From the NCBI GenBank assembly GCA_051252135.1, contig JBPOGH010000003.1:64001-128000 (forward strand): a DNA stretch of 64,000 nucleotides. Reading direction: 5' to 3'. The translations under genes and the position numbers were made by a program. Positions 32,598-42,137 of the stretch are shown one piece after another. The notes under the pieces are model-generated. The model ran no database searches. It worked only from the letters and a program-made list of their open reading frames with translations, and was not told the origin of the DNA. The number at the start of each line of letters is the position of its first letter. Position 1 is the first letter of the stretch. The stretch comes from Verrucomicrobiaceae bacterium (GTDB lineage Bacteria; Verrucomicrobiota; Verrucomicrobiia; Verrucomicrobiales; Akkermansiaceae).

Positions 32598-33479
32598 ATG
32601 ATCCGCCACCTCCTCATCCTCCTTTGCTCCGCCAGACTTCTCGCCGCGCAAGCCCTCGACGTCCCCATCTTCGAGCAATCTTCCGAAGCCATGAAGGATG
32701 AAGAGAAACGCATTGGAAAGCTCGCCGAAACATTCCTCGCCGAAGAACAAGCACTCACCCTGAAACAAATTCAGGAAGCCATGAAGAGCCCCGCCAAACG
32801 GGCCCTCACCCTCAAAAAACCGGCCACCACCCCACTTCAAGCCTCACAGGTTGCCCAACACGCCCTCGTCTCAACCTACCGCGTCGGCTGGGCCTACCTC
32901 TGTGATAACTGCGACCACTGGCACCTCAACCTCGGCGGCGGATACGCCATCTCCCATGACGGAGTCCTCGCCACCTGCGCCCATGTCGTCGATCCCGGCG
33001 AACTCAAAATTCGCGAAGGAACCCTCATCGCCATCAATCACAAGGGAGACGTCTTCCCCGTCAAATACATCCACGCCTACCACCAGGAAATGGACGCCGC
33101 CCTGCTCGGAATCGATGCCACCACCACACCCCTGGCCCTCAACGACCAGGTCCGCCCCGGTGACCCCGCCTTCTGCCTGAGCCGCCCCCTTGATCAGGGA
33201 AAATACTTCAGCGCCGGAATCGTCAATCGATTCTTCTGGGACAAAAAAGACCGTGGCGGAAATGATACCGGCCTCAACGCCCTCTCCCACCTTCGCCTCA
33301 ACGTCAGCACCCCCTGGGCCCCCGGCAGCAGCGGCTCCCCCGTCCTGGATTCCAGCGGCAACGCCATCGGTCACGTCGCCCGCATCGCCCCCCTCACCAA
33401 AAAGAAAAACTCCCCCGCGCTGATCACCCTGCACATCGCCATCCCGGCCCGGAGCATTAAAGCTCTGGCTTCCCATTAA
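32598..33479 (+). CDS. Exported trypsin-like serine protease
   Basis: Signal peptide from ATG 32598; catalytic triad 'TCAHV', 'MDAALL', 'PGSSGSP'. Confidence 0.85.
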   Translation: MIRHLLILLCSARLLAAQALDVPIFEQSSEAMKDEEKRIGKLAETFLAEEQALTLKQIQEAMKSPAKRALTLKKPATTPLQASQVAQHALVSTYRVGWAYLCDNCDHWHLNLGGGYAISHDGVLATCAHVVDPGELKIREGTLIAINHKGDVFPVKYIHAYHQEMDAALLGIDATTTPLALNDQVRPGDPAFCLSRPLDQGKYFSAGIVNRFFWDKKDRGGNDTGLNALSHLRLNVSTPWAPGSSGSPVLDSSGNAIGHVARIAPLTKKKNSPALITLHIAIPARSIKALASH

Positions 33480-35185
33480 TCCTGGGCCCGATCGTAATCG
33501 ACCCTGAACGAGCGGTTCCGCAAACGGGAACCTTTCAAACCATTGATCACCTTGTCCGCCTCGGATGCCTCGACATCCACCAGCGTATGCTTCGGAAAAA
33601 TCCGGATGCGGCCCAACACGCCGTCCGGCAATTCGCACTCACGGTAAATCATCCCCGCGATGTCTCCCGGCTTCACACTCTGGGCCTTGCCCACCGTGAG
33701 AAAAAGAGTCGCCATCTTGGAGTTGCCTCCCTGCTGCTTCTTCTCCCCACGCTCAAAACGATTCCTCTCCGGACGTTCGCCACGCTCCGGACGATCACCG
33801 CGCTCCTTCCGGTCACGCCGCTCCCGGGGCTTCCGCTCCTTTGAAAACGGCTCATCCTTCTCGTTGTCCTCCGCAATAAACTGACCCTCACGCCCGCTCG
33901 TCTCACGAATCAAGGTGATCAGGGCATTGGATATATCGGTCGCCGTATGACCCTGCTCAAGCAAGCGGTCCAGATAAGGCTGATAACTCTTGTAATCACC
34001 CGCCTCCAAACGCTCCTGAATCGTATCAAAAAGCTGATCGGCACGACTTCCCTCCACCTGCTCGCGCGTCGGAATCCGTTCACGCTTAATCGGCTGACGG
34101 ATATATTTCTCAATCGTTTGCAGCCGGTAAATGTCACGCCCAAACACAAAGCTCACCGCCTTGCCCGAACGTCCCGCACGGCCCGTCCGGCCAATCCGGT
34201 GAACATAATCCTCGGGGTCCTGCGGCAATTCGTAATTCACCACCAGCTCGACATCATCGATATCAAGTCCCCGCGCCGCCACATCGGTCGCCACCAGAAT
34301 CTCCACCGCGCCATCCTTGAAACGCGCCAGCACCCGCTCACGCATCGCCTGCGTAATATCACCATGCAGACGGTCCGCCGTAAATCCACGGGCCAGCAAC
34401 ATCTCGGTCAACTCATCGACCACCCGCTTCGTGTTGCAAAAAATCACCGTCAGCTTCGGCTGCTCAATATCCACCAGGCGGGACAATGCTTCCACCTTCG
34501 AACGTCCTCGTACTTCATAGCACGACTGGTCGATGCTCGACACCGTAAGCGCCTTGCGCTCGATCTCCACCAACTCAGGCTCATTGCCAAACTTCTCAAT
34601 CAGACGTCGAACGCCCTGATTCATCGTCGCCGAGAAAAACATCGTCTGCCGGTCCTTCGGCAAAACCCGGAGCATCTCCTCCATCTCCTCGCGGAATCCC
34701 ATGTCCAACATGCGGTCCGCCTCATCCAAAATCACCGTCTTGATGTGATCCGGATCAAAACTCTTCCTGCGCAGGTGATCCAAAAGTCGCCCTGGCGTTC
34801 CCACCACCACATGCGTTCCCTTCTGCAACCCTCGCAACTGTCGGTCTATCGGAGCTCCGCCATACACCGGCATCGCCCGCACATTGCCCAGAGCCGAACC
34901 CAATCGAAACACTTCCTCACACACCTGCACCGCCAACTCCCGCGTCGGACACACAATCAGCGCCTGTGGCTTGTTCAGCTTGGGATCAATCCGCGCTAGC
35001 GTCGGCAGCGCAAATGCCGCCGTCTTCCCCGAGCCCGTCTGGGACAAACCGATCAAATCCACCCCTGTCAGCGCCAGCGGAATCGTCTTCTCTTGAATGG
35101 GTGACGGACTCTCGAAGCCCATGTCCACGACTGACTTTAAAAGCGCTTCGGGGAGGCCTAGTTCGGAAAATGCAAGAGTGCTCAT
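33476..35185 (-). CDS. deaD: DEAD-box RNA helicase with DbpA-type C-terminal RNA-binding domain (DeaD/CsdA-like)
   Basis: Q motif, 'TGSGKT', 'PTRELA', 'TPGR', 'DEAD', 'SAT', 'ARGLD', '[10 protein letters not shown]', C-terminal 'PGDIAG'. Confidence 0.9.
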   Translation of the reverse strand: MSTLAFSELGLPEALLKSVVDMGFESPSPIQEKTIPLALTGVDLIGLSQTGSGKTAAFALPTLARIDPKLNKPQALIVCPTRELAVQVCEEVFRLGSALGNVRAMPVYGGAPIDRQLRGLQKGTHVVVGTPGRLLDHLRRKSFDPDHIKTVILDEADRMLDMGFREEMEEMLRVLPKDRQTMFFSATMNQGVRRLIEKFGNEPELVEIERKALTVSSIDQSCYEVRGRSKVEALSRLVDIEQPKLTVIFCNTKRVVDELTEMLLARGFTADRLHGDITQAMRERVLARFKDGAVEILVATDVAARGLDIDDVELVVNYELPQDPEDYVHRIGRTGRAGRSGKAVSFVFGRDIYRLQTIEKYIRQPIKRERIPTREQVEGSRADQLFDTIQERLEAGDYKSYQPYLDRLLEQGHTATDISNALITLIRETSGREGQFIAEDNEKDEPFSKERKPRERRDRKERGDRPERGERPERNRFERGEKKQQGGNSKMATLFLTVGKAQSVKPGDIAGMIYRECELPDGVLGRIRIFPKHTLVDVEASEADKVINGLKGSRLRNRSFRVDYDRAQD

Positions 35186-35268
35186 CAATTCAAGTCCGCA
35201 CACCGGCGGGAGGTCTTACTTCTGTCAATTCCCGCTGATAGCAAGAACAGAATGATCCGGCTCCCTAA

Positions 35269-35421
35269 TCACTTCTTCCGCCAAAGCAAGAAGAACACCC
35301 CGCAAATTCCGCTAAACATCGCCGTCGATGGCTCCGGAATCGACGCAGCATCCTGCACGGTTTCAACAACAAACATCGGCGCAGCAAGCATCACCGCCAA
35401 AACAGGAATTATAACATTCAT
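35269..35421 (-). CDS. Very small (50 aa) PEP-CTERM protein
   Basis: MNVIIPVLAVMLAAPMFVVETVQDAAS-IPEPST-AMFSGICGVFFLLW-RKK: hydrophobic N-terminus, PEP motif, TM helix, basic tail. Confidence 0.75.
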   Translation of the reverse strand: MNVIIPVLAVMLAAPMFVVETVQDAASIPEPSTAMFSGICGVFFLLWRKK

Positions 35422-35508
35422 GGTGCAAGATCCGGCCCGTCCCCCCTTACGAAACAAACCCTCTAACAGAAGGATACCTTGATCCCCTGATAGACTCAAG
35501 ACCATTTG

Positions 35509-35528
35509 TTAAGAAATGTTAACTATCT
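35509..35528. promoter_or_regulatory. Candidate operator shared with the other PEP-CTERM gene (copy 1)
   Basis: TTAAGAAATGTTAACTATCT; 17/20 identical to the reverse complement of 52202-52221. Confidence 0.4.
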
Positions 35529-35545
35529 ATTCCCGCTGGCAACTT

Positions 35546-38500
35546 TCACGGATTCCCTCCCCGCAACACCGCACGAATCCGATAAAAATCCCGCCCCGAT
35601 ACCGGCTCCACACTTCGATAAACCGGACGACTCGTCCCATCCGCATAAAAGGTCTCGTCCACCAGCTCATAAGCTCCTCCCAGACGCTTCCAGTCCTCCA
35701 TATCTTCCTCGATCAACAACTCCACATCATCAGCCGCCAACACCCGCCGATAACTCAATTCCGCAAATCCGCCCTCCATCAACTCCAGCATCAACCCATC
35801 CGGAGCCGCATAATCGACCAGATTTGGAATGCCATCGCCATCATCATCCCCGGTGGGATCACCGGTAAACATCAAGGACTCGCCCAGCCCCGGAGCACCA
35901 CCTTCCGTGATCCCCGCCCGCCAGCTCGTCCCCTGCGTCGGATCCAGCAAACTCCCCGGCACCGCAATATAAACCAAACTCCGGTTACCCCCGTTCGCAA
36001 TCAACGGCCAAGGCAGCCCGGTCTTGTATTCAAAATCCCGAATCGCAGTCCCCGCTCCGAACGAAAGCTTCACCCGCTCCCCGTTGTTCGCCAAATTCTT
36101 GTCAAAGGTTCCCACCACAAACGAGGGCGTCGTCACAAATCCATAACGCAAATTAAACGCCGATTCCTTCCCCACCACCACCATCCGCTCACCCGGCTCA
36201 ATCATCGTCCGCGCCGCATTCACAAAGTCGAACTCGATCCCCTTGGTAAACCGCACCTCACTCAAATCCAGTGCCACACTTCCCGCATTCATGATCTCGA
36301 TCCACTCAAAATCCGATTCCTCCAACGTCGGATCTACCGCCAGCTCATCCACACTCGGCGGATTCGGCTCATACATGATCTCACTGATCACCAGACCATC
36401 CAACAAGGGCTGAATCGTCGGCACCCCCGCCACAAACTCCAGCGGATCCGACCAATTGCTCCACCGCCCCGTCATATCCTGATGCCTCACCCGTGCCCGA
36501 TACGTCTGCCCCACTTTCGTCACCGCCGGCACATCCACCGACGATACAAACGAACCCAATTCCCCTGATTCCCAGATCGACGACCATTCAAAAACCGGAT
36601 CCTGACCCACTGGTAGCAAATGCCGCTTACCCAAAATCGTCATCTCAAAACCCATGTCACTGCTGGACGCCGTCTGCTGGTGAACCTCGATCGCAATGTC
36701 ATTCACTCCCGGAACAAAAACCGAAGGAGACACCTCAAACTCATCAAAAGTCGATTCCCCTCCCGGAAAATCCGCCCTCACATCATAGGCCACCACCGTC
36801 TCCGCATGAAACCCCTCCCGAATCACCTGCTCCCCGTTCACATAAACAATCGCCCCGTCATCAACCAACAAACTGAAGATAAATTTCTCCATCTTGGAAG
36901 GATCCTCCACCGTCACCTGCGTCCGGAAATACGTCGTCGCGTTACGATTAAACGTGCTCCCGCCATACCCAACCGTTGTCTCAATATCAAGACCCGACAC
37001 CCCACCATAACCCAGCGGACTTAGCCCCTGCCCCCATGAACTGTCATTGAATCCCTGCTCCTTCCACGCCGTCCCCTGATCACTCCCGTCATCAAGATAA
37101 CGCCAAACGGATGCCATCGGCATAATCACTTCCTCCCCGCCGTCCGGCACCGAGACCTCCGCCAGTCGCCACTCCATCGCCCCAAAGGTCCCCGCTCCCT
37201 GCGGATCGGAAAAGGCGGAGCTCGTTAGCGCCACACCATCCTGCGGGAAACCATCCACTCCCGAGTAAGCAATCGTCGGCTTGTTCGGAATCGCCGGATC
37301 CGCCACCAACGCATCCAGATAAGCATCCCGACCCTCCTGCCCGGACACACCGGTGTCCCTCGAAATCAACGGCATCCTCGTATCCGACCCGCCAACCCAA
37401 CTGCCTCCATCAAAGGCAAACTTCTTCATATCCACCGTCACATCCTCAAGCGGCGGATCCGATTGGCTCCCCCCCGTTGCCGAACGCCAGCGATCACGAT
37501 CCAAATCAATCACCTGATCAATCTTCGCCGCCAACGGATCAATCAACAACGAGACCTGCTCCGGAGTCCAAATCAAATCACGCATCTCACGCACCACATT
37601 GAGATACTCCGTGTTAAACGGCTCCCTCGGCGAATTCCCGGTGGTCCCATAAATCGCCGCCTTCGCCCAATCGATCCCCGCATTCCAGTTTGGCCCCCAA
37701 CTCGTATCCGAGTCCCACGGCAGAACATTCAAACGGCCCAGTGGATTGGTCGCCGATGGCTCAAAATAATACGCCCGGTTCTTCAGATGCTCCGCCGTAT
37801 TCGGATCCACATCGTAGTGCCGGATCATATCCACCACGCTGTGATAGTGATACCAACTGTCATAATTCACATTCTCCCGCAGCCAGGCATCATCCTTCTC
37901 GGGCCGCAGTCCAAAAATAATATTCTGGAAATCCGACCCGTCATCCACCGCATCCGGTGCCTGATACCGCCGCACACTCACCCCGTCGGTCCGCCCGCTG
38001 ATCAGCTTGTAAAGGTTCCCCTTCTCCAGATTGTGCGCATCCAGGAACCGCTTATCATACTCCTCCAGCGCCAGCAGCATTCCGTAGTGATCCCCGCCAT
38101 ACTGATCCGGCGCTTCATCCTCACCCCTGATCACCCGCAAATTAAACCAATGCGTATTCGGTGCCGGCGTCCCCGTCAGATTCCACAAGGTGTGATTCAC
38201 GGACTGATCCATCCCCCAGGTGTAATGACCCCGTGAACCGATCATCTTGTGCGTCGCAAGATACTTCCACGGTTCGGGATACTTGTCCCCGTTGCTGTCA
38301 CGAAACGTCGGATAATTCCCCCGCTGGAATCGAAACTTCAAACTCCGCTTGCCGCTCCCGCTGTAGCGCGCATTCCGCTGACGCAGTCGATACTGCGTAT
38401 GGTCATAAACCTTCCCCTCATAAACAAACGTACAACTCCAGTTATAGGCACTCCGCGCATCATAGTTGTCCCGGGGAATCTGGTTGCTCCCCTGATACGC

Positions 38501-39595
38501 CACCGCCTGATTAAAATCCGCCGCCGTCGTCAGCACATGGTAAACCGGCACCGAACCCACCGTCGCCGCCGGATAAACATGACCCGTTCCGTTGATTGAT
38601 CGCGTCGAGGCCACAAAATCAGGAACCCCGTTGTAGACGAAATAAGCAAAGTTCAACGAGTCATCATCCGCATAAGGCACCTCAATCGACGCCCCACCCG
38701 TATCCGTCGCCACCACCCGATATCGGACCAACGTCCGATTCCCCTGCGGTGCAACCGTCGCCGTATACACCCCATCCCCCGCCAAAGCATCATCCCCGCT
38801 TCCATCATCGACCATCCCAATCGTCATCCACCCCCCGGCATCAAAGTAGTCCGGATTCGGAGTCCGCTCGCCATTCGGATTGGACAAAAGCAATGATGTC
38901 GACTTCGCCAGATAAGCCGGCACATAGGAACCGGGAGAAACAATCTGGATGAACAGCTCCACCGATCCCACCCCCTGCCCATCTGTCACCTTCGCCGTGA
39001 TCACCGTCTTCTCCGTATCATTCGGCTCCTTCGGCGTATGCTCCACCTGCCGAATTTGCGGAGGCACCACTGTCGAAAACACACTGTTCACTGCCTTCGG
39101 CGTCGGTGCCGATCCATTCGAACTCCTCCAGCTCCCTCCCAGATCATTGTCCAGCGAAGGATGGACCAATTCCATCGAAGACCCCGTCCCCCCCGCTCCC
39201 ACCGGCCACGGAAACGACGCCTGATAATTCACCACATCCACCACGATCCCCGCCGCGTTCCGTAACTCAACCCGCTCACCCTTCCCCGAAAGACCGCCCC
39301 CAAATGGACCAAGCGCCGTCACCCCGTGCACCGCCGACATCTGACCCGGGTTCTGCGCAATCACCAGATACTCCCCCACCCCAATCTCCGTGCTCCCCGG
39401 AATCGTAAACGAAATCCCGTCCTGAAAAAACCACCCCGAAACATCCACCACTTCCGTCCCCGCATTATAAAGCTCCACAAACTCATCCCGCGCCGTGTTC
39501 GGCTCACTGTTGTAGTGTATCTCATTGATCAACACCTGTGCGGAGAGAGCCGGCATCCAAAAAAACGGAGTAAGGAAATAAAGAAGCTTCTTCAT
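35546..39595 (-). CDS. Exported lamin-tail-domain / CotH-kinase family protein
   Basis: Signal peptide from ATG 39595; LTD motifs 'VLINEIHYN..EFVELYNAG' and 'LVISEIMYEP..EWIEIMN'; CotH-like 'KRSLKFRF', 'E.YDKRFL', 'GNLYK', 'KNRAYY', 'LPWDSDTSWG'. Confidence 0.85.
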   Translation of the reverse strand: MKKLLYFLTPFFWMPALSAQVLINEIHYNSEPNTARDEFVELYNAGTEVVDVSGWFFQDGISFTIPGSTEIGVGEYLVIAQNPGQMSAVHGVTALGPFGGGLSGKGERVELRNAAGIVVDVVNYQASFPWPVGAGGTGSSMELVHPSLDNDLGGSWRSSNGSAPTPKAVNSVFSTVVPPQIRQVEHTPKEPNDTEKTVITAKVTDGQGVGSVELFIQIVSPGSYVPAYLAKSTSLLLSNPNGERTPNPDYFDAGGWMTIGMVDDGSGDDALAGDGVYTATVAPQGNRTLVRYRVVATDTGGASIEVPYADDDSLNFAYFVYNGVPDFVASTRSINGTGHVYPAATVGSVPVYHVLTTAADFNQAVAYQGSNQIPRDNYDARSAYNWSCTFVYEGKVYDHTQYRLRQRNARYSGSGKRSLKFRFQRGNYPTFRDSNGDKYPEPWKYLATHKMIGSRGHYTWGMDQSVNHTLWNLTGTPAPNTHWFNLRVIRGEDEAPDQYGGDHYGMLLALEEYDKRFLDAHNLEKGNLYKLISGRTDGVSVRRYQAPDAVDDGSDFQNIIFGLRPEKDDAWLRENVNYDSWYHYHSVVDMIRHYDVDPNTAEHLKNRAYYFEPSATNPLGRLNVLPWDSDTSWGPNWNAGIDWAKAAIYGTTGNSPREPFNTEYLNVVREMRDLIWTPEQVSLLIDPLAAKIDQVIDLDRDRWRSATGGSQSDPPLEDVTVDMKKFAFDGGSWVGGSDTRMPLISRDTGVSGQEGRDAYLDALVADPAIPNKPTIAYSGVDGFPQDGVALTSSAFSDPQGAGTFGAMEWRLAEVSVPDGGEEVIMPMASVWRYLDDGSDQGTAWKEQGFNDSSWGQGLSPLGYGGVSGLDIETTVGYGGSTFNRNATTYFRTQVTVEDPSKMEKFIFSLLVDDGAIVYVNGEQVIREGFHAETVVAYDVRADFPGGESTFDEFEVSPSVFVPGVNDIAIEVHQQTASSSDMGFEMTILGKRHLLPVGQDPVFEWSSIWESGELGSFVSSVDVPAVTKVGQTYRARVRHQDMTGRWSNWSDPLEFVAGVPTIQPLLDGLVISEIMYEPNPPSVDELAVDPTLEESDFEWIEIMNAGSVALDLSEVRFTKGIEFDFVNAARTMIEPGERMVVVGKESAFNLRYGFVTTPSFVVGTFDKNLANNGERVKLSFGAGTAIRDFEYKTGLPWPLIANGGNRSLVYIAVPGSLLDPTQGTSWRAGITEGGAPGLGESLMFTGDPTGDDDGDGIPNLVDYAAPDGLMLELMEGGFAELSYRRVLAADDVELLIEEDMEDWKRLGGAYELVDETFYADGTSRPVYRSVEPVSGRDFYRIRAVLRGGNP

Positions 39596-39768
39596 GAACA
39601 GGCGGGACCCTAGCAAGCGGGATTCACGATGGAAAGAAGCGGAAACCGCAATTTTCCTCATAATAAGATCAAGCCGATTTCGATTGCCCATTTGCCGCGT
39701 TACGATCCCAACCAAATATTCTCCCCCTTTTCCCTCCCGCTCCCCTTCGTAAACGGCTAATTTGAGAA

Positions 39769-40113
39769 ATGGACGAACAAAAGGACTCCACCGCCCAAGC
39801 GATCCGCAAAGCGGGATACTTCATCGGAGGATCAATCCTGGGAGCCTCCCTCATTCTCTCCTATTCCCTCGCTCCCCGGGGAAGAATTTCCGACGACACC
39901 ATCGTCGCCTTCACCCTGATCGCCGCCTTCATCGCCGCAGTCTTCCTCTTCGGAGCCATCTTCAACGCCTTCCTCAACCGACGCCGACGCCTCAAAAACG
40001 AGCAGGCCCAATTCGCCGCCCTCTCCGGTCGCACCTCGATGGGCAAAGGAAAAACCCGCATTCCGGTTCCTGAAAACGCTCCAAAAGTAACCCCATCCAA
40101 CCCCTTGGCCTAA
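39769..40113 (+). CDS. Small two-TM hypothetical membrane protein
   Basis: Two hydrophobic segments and a basic C-terminal tail; codon style matches neighbouring + strand genes. Confidence 0.65.
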   Translation: MDEQKDSTAQAIRKAGYFIGGSILGASLILSYSLAPRGRISDDTIVAFTLIAAFIAAVFLFGAIFNAFLNRRRRLKNEQAQFAALSGRTSMGKGKTRIPVPENAPKVTPSNPLA

Positions 40114-40116
40114 CCC

Positions 40117-40392
40117 ATGTCCGACGAAAACAAAATCGCGGAAGCCATCGACCGCCTCCGCCGCACCATCTGCATCGTCGGACTCACCCTCCCGACCATT
40201 TGGCTCGCCATGACTCTCGACGGCAGCCGCATCAAACGCATCGGCGACCTCACCGAACGCTTCCTCCCCGCCATCGGCTTCAGCCTCATCATCACCGGCG
40301 GAGTCACCATCATCATCTGGATCGTCATTCTTCTCTACCGGGCACTCTCCACCCCCTATCCGGACTCCGAAGAAACAACGCCCGACGATTGA
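40117..40392 (+). CDS. Small two-TM hypothetical membrane protein
   Basis: Starts 3 bp after the previous gene; two hydrophobic segments and an acidic tail. Confidence 0.65.
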   Translation: MSDENKIAEAIDRLRRTICIVGLTLPTIWLAMTLDGSRIKRIGDLTERFLPAIGFSLIITGGVTIIIWIVILLYRALSTPYPDSEETTPDD

Positions 40393-40458
40393 GAGGCCGC
40401 AGCCCGCTCCCTCAAACCGCCACCTTGTCATCCCCCCGCCTTCCCGCTTAACTCCGGA

Positions 40459-42132
40459 ATGCGCATCCTTGGCATCCTCACCCTCCTCACCGCCTCCCTC
40501 TTTGGAAAAGGCACCCTGACCAAACATCAGTTCACCGATTCCAAAATCTTCCCCGGCACCCAGCGCGACTACTGGACCTACGTCCCCGGGGAATACGACG
40601 CCTCAAAACCCGCCTGCCTCATGGTCTTTCAGGATGGCGGAGGCTTCGTCAACAACCCCGGAAAAACCGGCTACGCACCCGATGTCATCGACCAACTCAT
40701 CGCCTCCGGTGACATGCCCGTCACCATCGGCCTCTTCGTAAACCCCGGAGTCGTCCCCGCCCCCCGCAAAGGAGCCCAACCCCGCTTCAACCGCTCCTTC
40801 GAATACGATGGCATGGGCCCCAACTACGCCAACTTCCTCATCGAAGAACTCATCCCCACCCTCAACCTCAACATCTCTCCCAACCCCGACGACCGCGGCC
40901 TCTGCGGCGCCTCCTCCGGTGCCATCGCCGCCTTCACCGCCGCCTGGGAACGGCCGGATCACTTCCGCCGCGTTTACTCCATGATCGGCACCTACGTCGG
41001 CCTCCGTGGCGGAAACAATTACCCCGCCCTCATCCGCAAAACCGAACCCAAACCCCTCCGCATCTTCCTCCAGGATGGATCAAACGACCTCAACATCTAC
41101 GGCGGCGACTGGTGGATGGCCAACCAAACCATGCAACGCGCCCTCGAGTTCGCCGGTTACGAACACACCCACCGCTGGGACGAAGGAAAACACAGCCGCG
41201 AAGAAGGCACCAAAATCATGGCCGAAGCCCTCACCTGGCTCTGGAAAGACCACGGCAAAACTCCCGTCACCACCCACCTCGACAACGCAAAATCCCGCGC
41301 CTCCGAATGGCTCATCCCCGGCGAAAACTGGCAAGTCGTCAGCGAAGGACACAACTGGTCCGAAGGCCTCGCCCTCACCCCCGACGGCACCCTCTACTTC
41401 ACCGACGTCCCCGATAGCGAACTCTGGAAAGTCACCCCCGACGGCAAGGAAACCCTTCTCGCCAAAGACACCGCCAAAGCCAATGGCATCGCCCTCGGAC
41501 CCGATGGCAAAAAACTCTACACCGCCTCCGCCGGACAAATCCGCGCCTATGATCTCGCCACCGGCACCCACCAAGTCATCTCGGAAGGAGCCGGCGCAAA
41601 CGACATCGTCGTCTCACACCGCGGTCACCTCTACTTCACCGACCCCGCCAAAGGAAAAGTCTGGCACATCAACCTCGAAACCAAAAAGACCCGCAGCGTC
41701 GATAATCTCAAAGGCCTCAACGGCATCGGCATGAGCGCCGACCAAACCCTCCTCTTCGTCTGCCAGTTCGACGGCCCCTTCATCTACTCCTACTCCATTC
41801 AGGAGGACGGATCCCTCACCAACAAACAACCCTACTTCTACGCCCAGGGCCCCACCAACTCGGGCCGCTACGCCCTCGACGGCCAATGCACCGCCTCCAA
41901 CGGTCACCTCCTCGTCGGCACCGAAGCCGGACTCCAAATCTTCGACCAACCCGGTCGCGTCCAACTCGTCCTCCCCCGCCCCGCCTATGAGGATGGCCGC
42001 GTCAACTACAGTGCCCTCTACAAGGACACCCTCTACATCGCCACCCGCCACCGTATCTACAAGCGCAAGATCAAGCTCAGCGAAGCCCCCGCCTGGAAGG
42101 CTCCCGTCGGACCTCCCAAGCCCCGGCTTTAA
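40459..42132 (+). CDS. Fes-type esterase fused to an SMP-30/gluconolactonase beta-propeller
   Basis: 'YWTYVP..YD', 'MVFQDG', 'NRSFEYD', nucleophile elbow 'GASSG'; then 'SEGLA', 'LYFTD', 'ANGIA', 'NGIGMSADQ', 'LDG'. Confidence 0.88.
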   Translation: MRILGILTLLTASLFGKGTLTKHQFTDSKIFPGTQRDYWTYVPGEYDASKPACLMVFQDGGGFVNNPGKTGYAPDVIDQLIASGDMPVTIGLFVNPGVVPAPRKGAQPRFNRSFEYDGMGPNYANFLIEELIPTLNLNISPNPDDRGLCGASSGAIAAFTAAWERPDHFRRVYSMIGTYVGLRGGNNYPALIRKTEPKPLRIFLQDGSNDLNIYGGDWWMANQTMQRALEFAGYEHTHRWDEGKHSREEGTKIMAEALTWLWKDHGKTPVTTHLDNAKSRASEWLIPGENWQVVSEGHNWSEGLALTPDGTLYFTDVPDSELWKVTPDGKETLLAKDTAKANGIALGPDGKKLYTASAGQIRAYDLATGTHQVISEGAGANDIVVSHRGHLYFTDPAKGKVWHINLETKKTRSVDNLKGLNGIGMSADQTLLFVCQFDGPFIYSYSIQEDGSLTNKQPYFYAQGPTNSGRYALDGQCTASNGHLLVGTEAGLQIFDQPGRVQLVLPRPAYEDGRVNYSALYKDTLYIATRHRIYKRKIKLSEAPAWKAPVGPPKPRL

Positions 42133-42137
42133 AAAGG

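Noticed and set aside
33476..33479. Overlapping stop codons of convergent genes (also a 38-bp overlap at 55032-55069)
   Set aside because: Common in compact genomes; no sign of a special function.
35422..35440. Sigma-54-like GG-N10-GC upstream of the micro PEP-CTERM gene
   Set aside because: Poor match to TGGCAC, and only a few nt from the ATG, so the transcription start would fall inside the CDS.
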